Translations under genes and position numbers: made by a program
The notes under the pieces: model-generated
Database searches by the model: none
What the model saw: the letters and a program-made list of their open reading frames with translations, nothing else
What the model was told of the DNA's origin: nothing
NCBI GenBank assembly: GCA_028534125.1
Contig: CM052839.1
Span: 23,188,001-23,252,000, forward strand
Reading direction: 5' to 3'
DNA: 64,000 nucleotides
DNA from: Lama glama
Taxonomy: Eukaryota
In this document: one piece after another, positions 1 through 12,124 of the stretch
Layout: the number at the start of each line of letters is the position of its first letter
How positions within the stretch are numbered: position 1 is the first letter of the stretch

Positions 1-50
1 ATTGTGGTGCAGGACTAATGATGTAGAACATCTAAAAAGATGTGCTTATA

Positions 51-584
51 TGCTAAAGGGAAGCCAAATTTGTGACCCCTGAAAAATGTGTCTTTTGGGC
101 ATGAGGATTATTTGGAGCTGATTGTTTTTAAGAAACAGAAGGTTCAGGAAGTTTTTCTTTTTATCTTCCTAAAAAAAATTAGATAAAGGGCCTGGTCCAG
201 AAAGAGAACTACCACCAGAGAACTACAAAGATGATGAGCTAGGTGTGGTAGGCTGGGCGAATCTTAGCAAGGCATGTTTGATCAAAGTCTTCTGTGTGCC
301 CCCTTGTCTCTACATAGCATAGCAAACATTCGTGTACCAACATTTACTATTTTTCATCTTCTATGAATTGCCTTCCTTCCTTTTGAGGTCCCAGACCCAT
401 ACCCACTTCTCCTTAGTCTAGCATGACACATCTACCTCATTTTACTTGACTGTCTTCAGAATCGTTCATGTACATAAGTAATTAAATTGGATTTTCTCCT
501 GTTAATCTGTCTCATGTCATTTTAATTTGTAGACCAACCAGAAGAACCAAGAAGGATAGAGGGAACATTTTTTCCTCCCTGACA
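51..584 (+). mobile_element. ERV1 solo LTR, MER34-like
   Basis: TG...CA ends. Contains gggcatgaggattatttggagctg near the 5' end and ttttctcctgttaatctgtct...agagggaacattttttcctccctgaca at the 3' end, resembling MER34-family LTRs. Confidence 0.7.
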
Positions 585-617
585 TTACTATTGCTATATC
601 TCCACCCCCACCCACCC

Positions 618-738
618 AGGGGGAGGTAATTAGGTTTATTTTTTTTACTTTTTATTTTTTTATTGGAGGTACTGGGGATTGAATCCAGACCCCATGCATA
701 CTAGGCATGCACTCTACCACTGAGCTATATCCTCCACC
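618..738 (-). mobile_element. tRNA-Ala-derived camelid SINE (Vic-1 type)
   Basis: Reverse strand reads ggaggatatagctcagtggtagagtgcatgcctagtatgc...ggattcaatccccagtacctcc, then an A-rich tract and the aaacctaattacctcccc tail. Confidence 0.85.
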
Positions 739-1034
739 TGCTTCCTGTATCTTCTTTAGTGGAGAGTTCAAATGTCTTCATATCAAAAATTGTTGCCTCT
801 TTTATTTGTATTAAATTGTCATGCATCCTAAGAACTTTGCTCCCTTACCTGAGGGGCTGAGGGGAGAGGGCTGTTCTAAGGATGCTCCACCCAAGAACCT
901 CTGCCAAGAGTTGAGAGGGTTGGTGGGGGTGGGTGTTTCCTAGAACTAAGATCCACAGTAGCCACATTCTGTTTTTAGTAGCTGAGAACATCCTTTAAGG
1001 CTGTCCAGTCTAATCCTATTTCTCTGCTTTTTAG

Positions 1035-1162
1035 AAATAAGAAAACCAAGGCCTAGAGAGGAGAAGACGTTGCCCAGATCCCACCACAAGAAGGTTCCTG
1101 AGCTGGACCAAGATCTTAGACTGACTAATTTCATTTCTAAAAGTTCCAAGCTCTTTCCACTG
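1035..1162 (-). mobile_element. MIR-family SINE fragment
   Basis: aagaaaaccaaggcctagagaggagaagacgttgcccagatc...gctctttccact resembles the MIR core. Confidence 0.55.
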
Positions 1163-1659
1163 TAGACCTCTGTGTGAGATGCTGAAGATATTCACGTGGT
1201 CCCAGCCCCCAGGAAGTTTCAGGGAGGAACAGAAGCAAAGCAGGCCAACATTAGGAAGAGAAGATATATATGGGCATGCATCTCTGAGTCACTGAAAATA
1301 CCAGTGGAAACGGAGAGGAAAGATGGAGGTAGTGAAGCAAAGCTTCCTGGAGGAAGGAAACTCTGGGGTCCAGTTTGGGACAGAAGCATGATGTCCACAT
1401 GTCTGTCACCGTGGCCGTGTGTCTGAGTTCAGTCTCGCACGGGACTGGGTATACTGGCCGTGTCCACAGTATATCTGGGACAAGGTCCATTTTCTTCGTT
1501 TGGTAATAAACACAAGTAATGGTAAAGCTCAAAGTGAGCGTCTGTTTGGTATATTTAGGGGTGAGCCTTCAGGTCATGCTTAACTCTGCATATTCTTCAT
1601 CATTCTCATCTCCAGGGCTTCAGGTGGGGAGCCCCTCAGTGACCCCTCCCACAGTCCAA

Positions 1660-1880
1660 ACTGCAGCTGCCAGCACTTAAATCCAGGCAGCAGCGAGTTC
1701 TCGGATTTGCTTCTAGTTGAAATCAATATTTGCTGAGAAGAATGCATCTTAATTTCAGCGGCCAGTTCTCCGGACGAGAATTGCTCTAAAACAAACCTCC
1801 AAACTGGTAGACTTAATGCGTCCTAGTTTGGTTGTTTAGTAAATCTCTCCGTACAGAGGAAAGAAATCCATTAGCTGACG
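1660..1880. promoter_or_regulatory. Candidate conserved non-coding element / enhancer
   Basis: Repeat-free, AT-richer island with retained CpGs and several TAAT/ATTA cores. Inference only. Confidence 0.35.
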
Positions 1881-1914
1881 GGGCAGGGATGGGGATGGGG
1901 GTGGGGGCGTGGGG
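1880..1914 (+). other. G-quadruplex-forming motif
   Basis: ggggcagggatggggatgggggtgggggcgtgggg: six G-runs with short loops. Confidence 0.6.
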
Positions 1915-3688
1915 AGAGAGAACGGCAGCCCAGATGAAGCCTCAGCAGCAGAGATGGGACTGAGAGCCCGGGGCACCCAGTGAGAAACTCAGCTACATCT
2001 CTGGACCCGGCCCAGGACTTCCCCAGCCTCCCACAAGCCGGCAGGCACAGCCAGGGTGTCACTGATAGAATGAATGGGAGATGGAAGGAGACCCCTTTCC
2101 CTGCCTGGGGAAGTGTTTTCTAATCGCCAGCTGTCCCCTCCTAAATCTACCAGGAGGCCATCGATTTCTTTTCAGCAGGACTGGGGGAAAGCAATCATTT
2201 ACCCCAGAACACGGGCTTTAATGAATCCGTGAAACATATGAGGTCACCCTGATTACATCTCCCCCTGACAGCCTGGGAGGGCTCAGCACACTCAGAAGAC
2301 TTCCTGAATGAGGAGGTTTTCCCAACCCAGCTCCCTCGCTGCTCCCGTAGAGCTGAGTCAGGGTGTGTCTTTAGGCTTAGACTTGGACCCAGTAAGGAGA
2401 AGCAGTGAGAGCCAGCAGGGAGAGCCACGGGCTCCGGATTCAGTGACCCGAGTCAGTGTCCAGCTTTGCCCCTTTCTATTTGTGGGTCTTCAGGTGACGG
2501 CTTTAACCTCTCTGAACTTCAATTTCCTCAAGAATCCTCTAGGGAAGAATCACTGTTGAGATACAAGCTGATGTATTTAAAGCATCAGACAGAAACTTGG
2601 TGGGCAAGACAAGGAAGCAATAATTACCACTTTAGCACCTCAGTTTATCCTCCCTGTATAATGGGTTGAATGCTATTTGTTTCACAATGAATTGAGGACA
2701 GAGGAGACGAAAGATGATCCCATCATGGTTTAGAAAGCAACAAGAAACAGTAGTAAGTGGGAATCCTTCTGTGGTCAAATGCTGGGGATCAGAAACAAAC
2801 TCTGGAACAAGATCTTCAGGAAATGGCGTGGAAGGCATGTCGCTTTGCCTCAGAAGGTTCCAGTCCCGGGCAACTGGTTCCAAATCAGGACATTATATAT
2901 TTAGCCTCTCTCTGAATTTTACAAATGGGGCAATCAAAACTCAGAGATGGGCAGCAAATTGCCTGGGGTCACCAGCCAGCGTGGAGCAGAGGAGTTTCAA
3001 GTCCAAGGCTGAGGACTCTGGGGCCCCAGGCTTTGGTCTGTTGGTAGGTTCCCTCCCTTACCTGCCTCTTGTCATTGGCTCAGGCCACCTCTGAGATAGA
3101 AGGCAGAGTCCTGAGTGAAAGGGGAGCTGGGAGCTGAGGCCATGTCGATGAAGGAGGAGGAGGGATGAGGGAGCAGGGAGCAAGAGGTATTTTTACTTTG
3201 AAATATTTTTATTAAATGTCACAACGGCTTCGCAGCACTTGGGATCTAAGTAGACAAATCAATGAAAATAATTATAGCAAACATCCTGCCTTCCCACTCC
3301 CTCCTTCCTCCTCCCCCCACAGCTCCCTTGGACGAGGAGAGGGGCTGGCTAACCTCAGCTTTGTGCTCCAGCCCCAGGGGAGCAAGGGTAGCAGCCCCTC
3401 TGACCTCTGCCTTCTCTTCACTTGGTTTGGCCTGACTCAAGGCTCACATCGCGGAGAGAGGAGCAGCTCCAGCAGCAGCAGGAAGAAATGAGCCAGAGGC
3501 CAGGGAGAGACAAGCAACCCCTACAGGGGCTTAGAAACTGGGGGAAAGGATTTTATTCTTAGAACCCATTTATGGCTTAGAAATAAACCTTCTGGCAAGC
3601 CTTTTATTTCCAGTCAGATGACAAGATTAGTCAAAGCCACATGAATGAAGGCTATAGGAGTAATCTATCCATTCACCCGTCCATCCGT

Positions 3689-3819
3689 NNNNNNNNNNNN
3701 NNNNNNNNNNNNNNNNNNNNNNNNNNNNNNNNNNNNNNNNNNNNNNNNNNNNNNNNNNNNNNNNNNNNNNNNNNNNNNNNNNNNNNNNNNNNNNNNNNNN
3801 NNNNNNNNNNNNNNNNNNN
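3689..3819. other. Assembly gap (N run), flanked by CCAT-like repeats
   Basis: 131 N. The left flank ccattcacccgtccatccgt suggests a collapsed (CCAT)n tract. Confidence 0.95.
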
Positions 3820-3928
3820 AACCATTCAATGACCATTTGCCGAGAATCTGCAGGACATGGCATTGTAGTGGAAAGGGTCTGATAGCCTTGATTCAAATTC
3901 TTGCTCTGCCATTTCAGAGTTAGCTGCA

Positions 3929-4360
3929 CATGCTAAACACCTTCCATTTGCCCTCCAGATTTATTGCATAGACCTACATGGACTGCATCAGGAGCTCCCT
4001 TGCTTCTTGACTTCTGTGTGGGTTCATATGGGGAGTAGAAGCAGAGATGACAGGGCGGGAGGGAGGGGAGCAAGTTTGGAGTATTTCATTGTCCATTTTC
4101 TTCTCTGTGGGGTCCCTTAATGAAACGTCATGGGGTTGGATAGGAGGTCCTCTTCACACGGCCCTTTCCATCCTTGGGTTCTGGGAATCTCCGCGCATTC
4201 AGGTAAAGGCATCTGTAGTTATCTGCCCAAAGGTACTTCCATATGCCTCATGGCTTCCCTATGCCCTGCCCAAGCCTTTGCAAATAACGCTTTCAGTAAA
4301 TTTTCTTCAAGTTGTTTCACTTTCATTTGGCCATTTCCTGCTGGGACCTGGATGAATACA
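3929..4360 (+). mobile_element. ERVL solo LTR (LTR33-like) inserted into a MIR
   Basis: Starts ...acaccttccatttgccctccag and ends gccatttcctgctgggacctggatgaataca. MIR halves on both sides (about 3860-3928 and 4361-4465) join in register; flanks are ctgca and ctgtg. Confidence 0.7.
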
Positions 4361-4894
4361 CTGTGTGATCCTGAGTAAGTTATTTCACCTCTTTGAGTCT
4401 CAATTCCTCCCTGGGTAAAATGGAAATATAAAATCTGCTCTGCAAGGCTTTTGTGAGGTTTAGGGTGGGTAAGGGACTTACCCAAGTTTACACACTGATT
4501 AAGGGGCAGAGCTGGGAGGTGAAACCAGAAATACGTAGGCCAAAGCCCAACCTCCTAGGACCTGGGATACTAGCGTGGTGGCTGTGGGCATTCTGGGATC
4601 AGTGATAATCGAGGGTCACTTTAGTGGACTCAGTGCCCCTCTCCAGCCTCACAGGACCCTCCCGGCCAGGCGGGCACTGGTACCTTGCACTCGTCACTCC
4701 CGTGATGGCTTGAGATCCTGCGGCGAGGAGACAGTTAGCATCCTTCTTCCCACTGCTGCAGGGAAAGTCTTAGAGAGGCAGAACCATCAGTTCCATTCAA
4801 GAGCAGTGTTCAAAAAACGGATGCCCTGGTGTTGTCTGATGAGGTCAAAGAAGTATTGTCAAATTTCCTTCTTGACTGAACAGATGGTAAAGGG

Positions 4895-5100
4895 AGAGAA
4901 CTCCATGTGCCAGGCACTGAAATGAAGTCTCTCATCTGATCTCCCAGCAATCTACGAGGTGGGAATTGTCACCTCTACCTTTCAGGTGAGGAAACTGATG
5001 CATAGGAAGATAAAACAGCACACACAACGACCTGACAGGAAGGAGCAGGGCAGGTGAGGGACAAAACTCAAACCCTCTGTCTGTCTGCCCACACAGCCTC
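4895..5100 (-). mobile_element. MIR fragment
   Basis: tgtgccaggcact...caggtgaggaaactga core. Confidence 0.6.
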
Positions 5101-5449
5101 TTCCTACGACACTAGCATGGACAGAAGGAGACAAGAATCTAATTTATATTTCTTTCTGCATCTTCTGGGACTTTGGCCCATCAACTCTCCTTGCCTGCTC
5201 TCTTGCATCTTCAACCTTGCTCTCTTCCTTGGCTCCTTCTCGACATAAGAATGTGTGTAAGTCTCCTGCGTCCTTGAAACATGTGCTTGCTCAACCCTGC
5301 TTCCTCTACCGGTCACCACTCTTTCTTGCCCTGCTCCACCGCCTCACCTACCGCTGCCCGCCTTCTGTCCCTCAAGCCCTGTCCAGCAAAGGCCGTCAGT
5401 GACCTCCTGGTTGCCGATTTCAACAGGAACTATCTAGTTTCATCTACAG

Positions 5450-5600
5450 CTTCATTCATTCATTCATTCAACATTGTTGAGTCTCTACTATGTGCCAGGC
5501 ATGCTATTAGGTAGAGATAAAGTAATGAACAAAACACGCACAAAAATCCTTTACATTCTAGTGGTTTGGGGTGACAAATGATTTAACAAAATAAGAGTTT
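5450..5600 (-). mobile_element. L2 3' end fragment
   Basis: ttcattcattcattcaacattgttgagtctctactatgtgccaggc...gaacaaaaca, a typical L2 tail. Confidence 0.7.
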
Positions 5601-6399
5601 ATGCATTTCTCTCTCTCTCTCTCTTTCTCCCTCATCTCCCTGATCAAGTCTTCTTGGTATTAGGTGAAGGCACTCCCTTGGAGCTCATACACTCCCCCAC
5701 TATTGAATCCCCACTTCCAACCCAGCCATCACTTCTGTGCTTATCCAGTTGCCTTCTTGACTTATACACATGGGTGCCTTGCCTCAAGCACCTCTTGGCC
5801 ACAACATATCCTTAACTGAATATTCTCTCCCCAACCCCATTCTGTTCCTATCCCCTTATTCCCAGGATCTGCCTCATCCTGGGTGTTCCCCGGCATGCAT
5901 GCTGGACCCTTGGTCTTCATCTTACATATCCCTCTGCTTCTCCTCTTCCTGAGACCCACTGTCTCCCACACCACTTCCTCCCTCTCCACCCTCACCACCT
6001 CTGCCTCATCCCATCACTTACTTGGCTCACCACAGCCACCTCATCTGCAGTCTCCACCCTCTGCCCTCAAGCACGGTGCTTGGCAGGTAAGGGGAATCCA
6101 CTTACTGTGTGTTGGGGGAATGTTCGCACATCTAAATAAGGGAATGCAACTGCCTCCCCTGTCCACAAGCTCATGGAATCCTCACAGCAACTCTGAAAAG
6201 GGCCGTCAACACCTTCCTTTCACAGCTCAGGAATCTGAGGCTTAGAAGCATGAAAGAAGAGTCCTGCAGCTAAGAAGGGGGAAAGCCAGAGCTGCAACTT
6301 TCCTGTCTCTCTGGATTTGAGAAATCCAACACTTAGGGCTTCAGGGCTGGGCTAGAACAGTTCCAGGAGCAACTTGCCAAGAAACAAGAAGTTCTCTGA

Positions 6400-6905
6400 G
6401 TGGATGAAGTAATGTTTCCAGAGCTAATAAAGCCAAGGTTCTTACTACATTCTCCAAGGGAGAGAAATTGAGAGCGCAGCTGTAACAGTCATCGGCTTCA
6501 GGTGACCAGAAATTCCAAGGTCGGTCCTGCGAGGGCTGTAATTTGACCCCCCCTCCCCCCAGAAACATCCATTGAGTGTTGATGGTGTGCAGGGCACTGC
6601 TCTAGGCCTGGCCAAATGGCTGAGTTAATACCACTGGCTGATCATGGGAAATAAACTCTTCAAAAAAGCAAGCAAAATATGCTGTTGCAAGTAGCAGGAA
6701 GAAAAAAGGATCATTGCGGATGCATATTAAGTATATCTGACACTGTGTATAATGTCTTTTCAATGCTAGGCAACTTGTTAGCTTCCTAATGTGTGTATTC
6801 TGGGATGTTTGCAAATATGTTACAGAGCTTGGCAAACAGCTCCCCAGGCATGGTGGAGAGGCTGCTCTTATTTTAAGTTGATGTCATCTGTAGTTTTAAA
6901 CTCTC
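6400..6905. promoter_or_regulatory. Candidate conserved non-coding element / enhancer
   Basis: About 500 bp of repeat-free AT-rich sequence with atgcatattaa (POU-like), tgtttgc and gcaaaca (FOX) and TAAT cores. Confidence 0.4.
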
Positions 6906-7599
6906 TCCTCCCTGTTAACCCGGGTCTGAGTTGGTGGCCCCCAGAGCAACGCATCTCACCGTAACCCTTTCTATCCCTGTAGGGGGATCCGCCAGCTCAG
7001 CTCAGCTGCAATGGAGGTGCATCCTTATCCTCAGGCTGTCCTAAAACCCTGGAGTGCCAGGGCTAGAGGGTCCCTTTTAGAGCATCAAATCCTAGCGCCC
7101 ATTTTACAGCAGGGAAAATTGAGGCCCGAATAGGAAAGACCTTTGCCTGAAGTCATGGGTACGAGGTGATGGTAGAAGCAGGGCTAGATCCAGGCCACCT
7201 GCAGCGTGCCTGGACATGTTGCTTGGTGATCAGGATTTAGGGAAGAGGCTACAGCTGTCTTCAGAACCATTGCATTTTTTCGGCAGAGCCCAGAAGCAGA
7301 AATCAAGGAGAGAAGGAGAAAGCATCCTTCTCTCAGGCCTCTGGGCAGAATAAAATCCCCTGTCCTTGTCCCCATTCTCCTCCTGGCACCCTGCCTTCCA
7401 GAGCAGAGGGTGCAGGGCCCAGCCGCTAGCCCCAGGGCCTGCCGGGCGGAGAACTGGAGGCCCAGTGGAGGCAGAGACCTCCCTAAGCTGCCCCTTCTCC
7501 AGCTGCCTCGCTGTCCTTCTGGCCTAAGGAACAAAGCCTGGGGAACTCGTCCCAAGCTAAGGAAATCCCCACTCGACTTGGTTTTCATAATCTGCCTGC

Positions 7600-8410
7600 A
7601 GATCTTGCCTGGTTAACCCCGTGGGTCATTTTAATTTTCTAGAAGCTTTTTGACTTCCCTCGGATCCTTAATCAGATAAGAGAGTCTGTGTCTGTGTTTG
7701 TGTGAGCGTGTGTGCGTGTGTGTGCGCGCACACGCCTGCCCGGGCTCACTCGGCTCTCCTCCCCTTTTTCTCCCCCTTCCTCTCTCCCTCCCACAAGCGT
7801 TCTCATTCTCTCTCTCTCTCTCTCCATAATCACTTCCCATCTCCTCCAGAATGCTTAATGGAGTCTGGAGATGAGAGGATGGACAATTTCATCTCAAAGC
7901 GGGAGCCAGCCCTCACACCTCTCTTTCCTGGCCCCATCATTTCTTTCCCTGTTCTTCCAAAAGTGAATTTGGCCAAGTGCTCTCACGGCAGAGGGAGAGG
8001 GGCTTCTTTCCCCTGCCCCTTTGCTCCCTCTGGAAGGGTGTTTTTGCCACCCCCTGTTCTGTTGTCTTCGGGTTCCCATATAACTGCCCAAGCCCAGTGC
8101 TGCCGTGGTCACGAGCCAGCTCAGGCTGGGGGAAGAGAATGTACGAAGAGCATAATTGGATGGGGAGGAACGCCGGTGGCTGGCGGGCGCCGCGGCGATG
8201 CCCAGAGAGAGAGCCCAATAGGACGCCTCTAATAGCTTATCTCCTAATACTTGTTGTTACGAAGCTGTTGTCTTCCCCTCCGAGCCTGTCTGCCCAGCGA
8301 AGCGCAGCAAGGCTGGTGTCAGCAGCCTCCCCCTGCCGAGAGAACGCTCAGCTCCTGTCTGCCGTGGAGGGCTCAGCGCCCACCCTGTTACTGGGCGTTC
8401 TCAGGCCTGG
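7600..8410. promoter_or_regulatory. CpG-enriched promoter/enhancer-like island
   Basis: Alternating TG/CG tract, CT-rich tract, CpG cluster ggcgggcgccgcggcg near 8180, CCAAT near 8215. No repeat signature. Confidence 0.45.
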
Positions 8411-9855
8411 GGGGCCTTGCCCACTCGGGGTCGGGGGTCAGCTCAGCACAGGAGGAGGAAGGAGAGGGAAGGACACCCAATGCTTTCTTTGCAGATCCAT
8501 TCCTGTGCCCCATTTGTCTTTGTCGAGGCATGGAGCTGGGCACACAATAGGCACTTAATAAGTGTTTGTGGTTCTGAACTGAATCATCTACTGATGGCAC
8601 GTGGCTGGAACAGATCCCTCGAGATCCTTTCCAGCCCTAAGGGCTATGGGCCTGACATCCGCTGCCGTGTACCTACAGTGTGTCTGGCACCTTGCTGGGC
8701 ACCGTGGGGAACAGCGGGTGTTTAAGGCACCAGCTCTGGGTCGGAAGCTCACCTCGCAGGGCTGCGGGGAGACGTGTGAAATCACAAGCAAGAACACCAA
8801 GAGCCATGTGACATGGATCAGCACCTCTGTTGTGTCTTCCGGAAGCAGAGGATGCTCACACTCTAAGGGCCCTTGGAGAATCGCCTTGCCTGACCCCACT
8901 GTTTACCAATTAAGTATCTGAAGCCCCAGGGATTACTGGTCCACGGCCTCACGTCCATCTGAAATCGAGTTAGGAGGCAAACTCAGGGTGGATGCCTCCC
9001 AATGTGGTGCTTGCTCTGTAACAGCAGGTTGCTGAAGAGTTAAGACCTGGGCTCAAGAAACAAAGCTGGGGCAGGCATAGATGGTACCTGGGTTCAACAG
9101 GAAGTGGTCTAAGTGTCAGAAACAGAAGGCACACCCAGCACTGGTAGCTTTTACTCTTTCAAGGTTTGTGTGTTCCTTTGTTCATTCATTCATTTGATGA
9201 ACATTTCGTTAGCACTGCCTCTATGCCGAGCACAGGAAGTTAACTAGGCTGAGTCCCCGCAGGAAAAGAGCTTACGGTCGAGTTCTATTCCAGGTCAGCC
9301 ACTCCTGGCTCCCCACCTCGGCTCTGCCTCCCTGGCTTTGCCTTTTGAGGATCCAGCCCTCCAGAAGATGTTGCTTTCCCAGCACCCAGGGGACCCACTC
9401 CTGAGCCCCCGTGAGCAGCACTTCATACCTGGCCCGCCCCTGCCTCATAGATGGAGCCCAGGCCCTTTGCACAAGGTGAGCACATCCCAGCTGCACAGTA
9501 AGTGTGGGCACGCCCCCGTCACCACCGTCCAGTGATGCCAGAAGGGGGCCCCTGGCTGGGTTGCCTGCCTGTCCTAGATCATCTGGGGCCCCTATTCTTG
9601 GTGTGGCCTCAGTCATGACCAGAGCAGGATGGGGAGAATGGGAGGGAACTCAGTCAAGCTGCTGGCCGGGCTCTGACCTTTGACCCTGGCTCATGCCAAT
9701 TTTGTGATCAAGGGCCTGCCTAATATCTCTGTTTGGGAAGCCACTTCCTCTGGGATGAGGGTTCTTTGAGGAAGGGAGTCCTGTTTCCTCGCCTGTCTTT
9801 CTACTTCTTGCTGCCATATTGCCCTCTCCTCACCTGCCCAGCACCCCTCACCTGG

Positions 9856-9885
9856 CCTGCACCTGCTCCTGCTCCTGCTCCTGCT
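9856..9885 (+). repeat. (CCTGCT)n hexamer repeat
   Basis: cctgca followed by four cctgct units. Confidence 0.85.
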
Positions 9886-10609
9886 GGGCCGCCTGGGCCT
9901 CCTCCCAGGGAGGCTGCGATGCTCTAACTCCCTGACTGCAGCCATCGATGGCCTGGCCCGCAAGTCTCTGACCCAAAGCCAGTAGGGCCAACCCACAGCC
10001 CCAGGAACCTTCCTGCGTGTCTGCACTTCTCAGTCCCAGTGTGAACCGGCAGGAAGAAGTGAACTGATGCTCAGGAGCTCAAGAAATCCTTTCCTCCCTG
10101 TGAGCCGAGGCCGCGTGGGTGGTCGCCCTGGTGAGTGGTCACTCACTGGCTGATAGCATGATCCCTCCCTGGGAAAGGGCGGAGAGTACTGACCAGCATC
10201 CCAGGGTCTGGAGTCGGGCTGGAGCCTCTGAGCTTGTTTTGGAGCCATGGGCAAAGGTGCCTGGGGGCTCATAGGCATTCCTGGTCCTCTTAGCATGCCT
10301 CTTCCCAGCCTCCCTCCCCCGCTGCCCCTTGCTCTCTCTGCTTCCATTATCGGCGGGTGAAGTGGAAAATAACCAGGCTCTTAAAGGGAGGGCATGTCTC
10401 TGCTCCTTTCTGTGGCTGCTAATGGAACCAGCAGCTGTCCCCAGCCGTGTGTGGCTGCCCCGACCCTCTGTGACTGAGGGTGGAGGCCAGCCAGGGGAAA
10501 GGACTTCGCTCGTTTCGGTTTCCCACGGGGCACAGAGCTGACATCACGCCAGGAGCGCTGAGCAACAGAGCAATCAATTCGGAGGTGGAGACTTGAGCAT
10601 AATAATCAC

Positions 10610-10830
10610 ACCTTCCATTTACTGAGCACCTCCAGTGAGTCAGGCAAAATGCGGGTTGGTCTAGTTGCATTAGCTCATTTAACCCTCTCACCAGTCACCA
10701 AACCCAGGAGATAGGTAGGGATGGCTGTCATCTTCCTTTGTGGTGATTGAGGCTCAGAGAGGTGAGGTAACTGGCTCCCAGTCACACAGCTGGGATCTGA
10801 ACCAGGACTGCTGACTCCAAAGTTCTTTCC
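10610..10830 (-). mobile_element. MIR
   Basis: catttactgagcacc...tcatttaaccctc...gaggctcagagaggtgaggtaactggctcccagtcacacagct. Confidence 0.7.
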
Positions 10831-11080
10831 AGGAGCTGCAGGAGGGTTCTGAGAGTATGCAGATGTGCTGTAACTCCTGGAGCACGAACTTGACTCCGCT
10901 GGGATGGGTAAGGAATGGAGGCGGGAGGGCTGCCCACCTACAGAGCCCTTCTTCCAGTGGGAGGGGCTTCCAAGGGGGCCCGAGATTTCGGAGCCTGACA
11001 GCCCATTGGAATCCTGGTTGAGGGGGCACTTGGGCCCTAGTCAGGAACTCTGGAGTGTGTGTCATCCCTTCTGAACTGTC

Positions 11081-11250
11081 TTTATTTATTTATTTATATT
11101 TAGTCTTTTTTTTTTTTTTAAACAACTCTATTTCGTTGTCTTGGTGGTGGTGGGGAGGTAATTAGGTTTATTTATTTATTTTTAATGGGCGTACTGGGGA
11201 TTGAACCCAGGCCCTTGTGCATGCTAAGCACATGCTATAACTTCCCTCCC
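11081..11250 (-). mobile_element. Vic-1-type SINE with extended tail
   Basis: ggggaggtaattaggtttatttatt...gtactggggattgaacccaggcccttgtgcatgctaagca. Confidence 0.85.
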
Positions 11251-11602
11251 TTTTAAACTCTTTAAAGTCACTTTTGCCTTTTCCTGTGGTCACATTATAC
11301 AAACTGTGGGACTATCTTAACTCTGGGTGGATTGACCACCTTTATTGGGCTCAAGAAACCCAGCTTTGGGAGGCCCTAGGGATAAGCCCTATGTTGAATG
11401 GATGAGGTGAGACAAGGCCAGACATGTCCTTGAAGGTGGACAATGGAAGTTCGGAGTCAACTGGAGCCCAGGAGAGGAGCGGGGCGGGGCAGCCCTGCAG
11501 AGAGCCGGAGGCCAGCTCAGTGCAGCCTGGCCCAGAGTGGCTGCTTGAAAGCTCTTTGCATATAATAGGTGCTCAGTAAACACTTGGATTAACAATGAAT
11601 GG

Positions 11603-11731
11603 TGGAGGAGGATATAGCTCATGCTTAGCACGCACAAGGTCTTGGGTTCAATCCCCAGTTACTCCTCTTAAATAAATAATTAACCTAATCCCCCACCCCC
11701 CCAAAGAAAACCCCAAACAACAACAACAAAA
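11603..11731 (+). mobile_element. Vic-1-type SINE with internal deletion
   Basis: ggaggatatagctc directly joined to atgcttagcacgcacaaggtcttgggttcaatccccag, then the aacctaat tail. Flanked by tgaatgg on both sides. Confidence 0.85.
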
Positions 11732-12042
11732 TGTGAATGGGCTCCCTGCAGAGGATTTATCATTACCCTTGCGTAAGAAGGAAACAAACGAACATTTATT
11801 GAGCACCTACTGTATACCAGGCACGTTGCTTGCTCTTCTTACCAATGTTATCTCAGGTAGTCTGGGCTTTTGTCAAGGCAGGATGGTTAAGCCTCCAGGT
11901 GGGGAAGCAACACATGATGCCCCCAGAAGAGCCTCCACTGCATGAATCCCATCACTTCTGGGGTCCATTCTCCATCTCCATCTTTAGCTCCCCTGATTTC
12001 TTTCCATCTACCACTTCTGTGATTGTGCTGCAGTGTTGCTCC

Positions 12043-12124
12043 TTTTTTAAATGGAGTTACCAGGGATTGAACCCAGGACCACATGCATGCTAAGCACGCA
12101 CTCTGCCACTGAGCTATTCCCCCC
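12043..12124 (-). mobile_element. Short tRNA-Ala(AGC)-like SINE copy / tRNA retropseudogene
   Basis: Reverse strand: ggggggaatagctcagtggcagagtgcgtgcttagcatgcatgtggtcctgggttcaatccctggtaactcca, then a short A tail. Confidence 0.8.

Noticed and set aside
9733-10026. PAPAPAPA- and RSRSRS-containing ORFs
   Set aside because: Both come from the (CCTGCT)n microsatellite.
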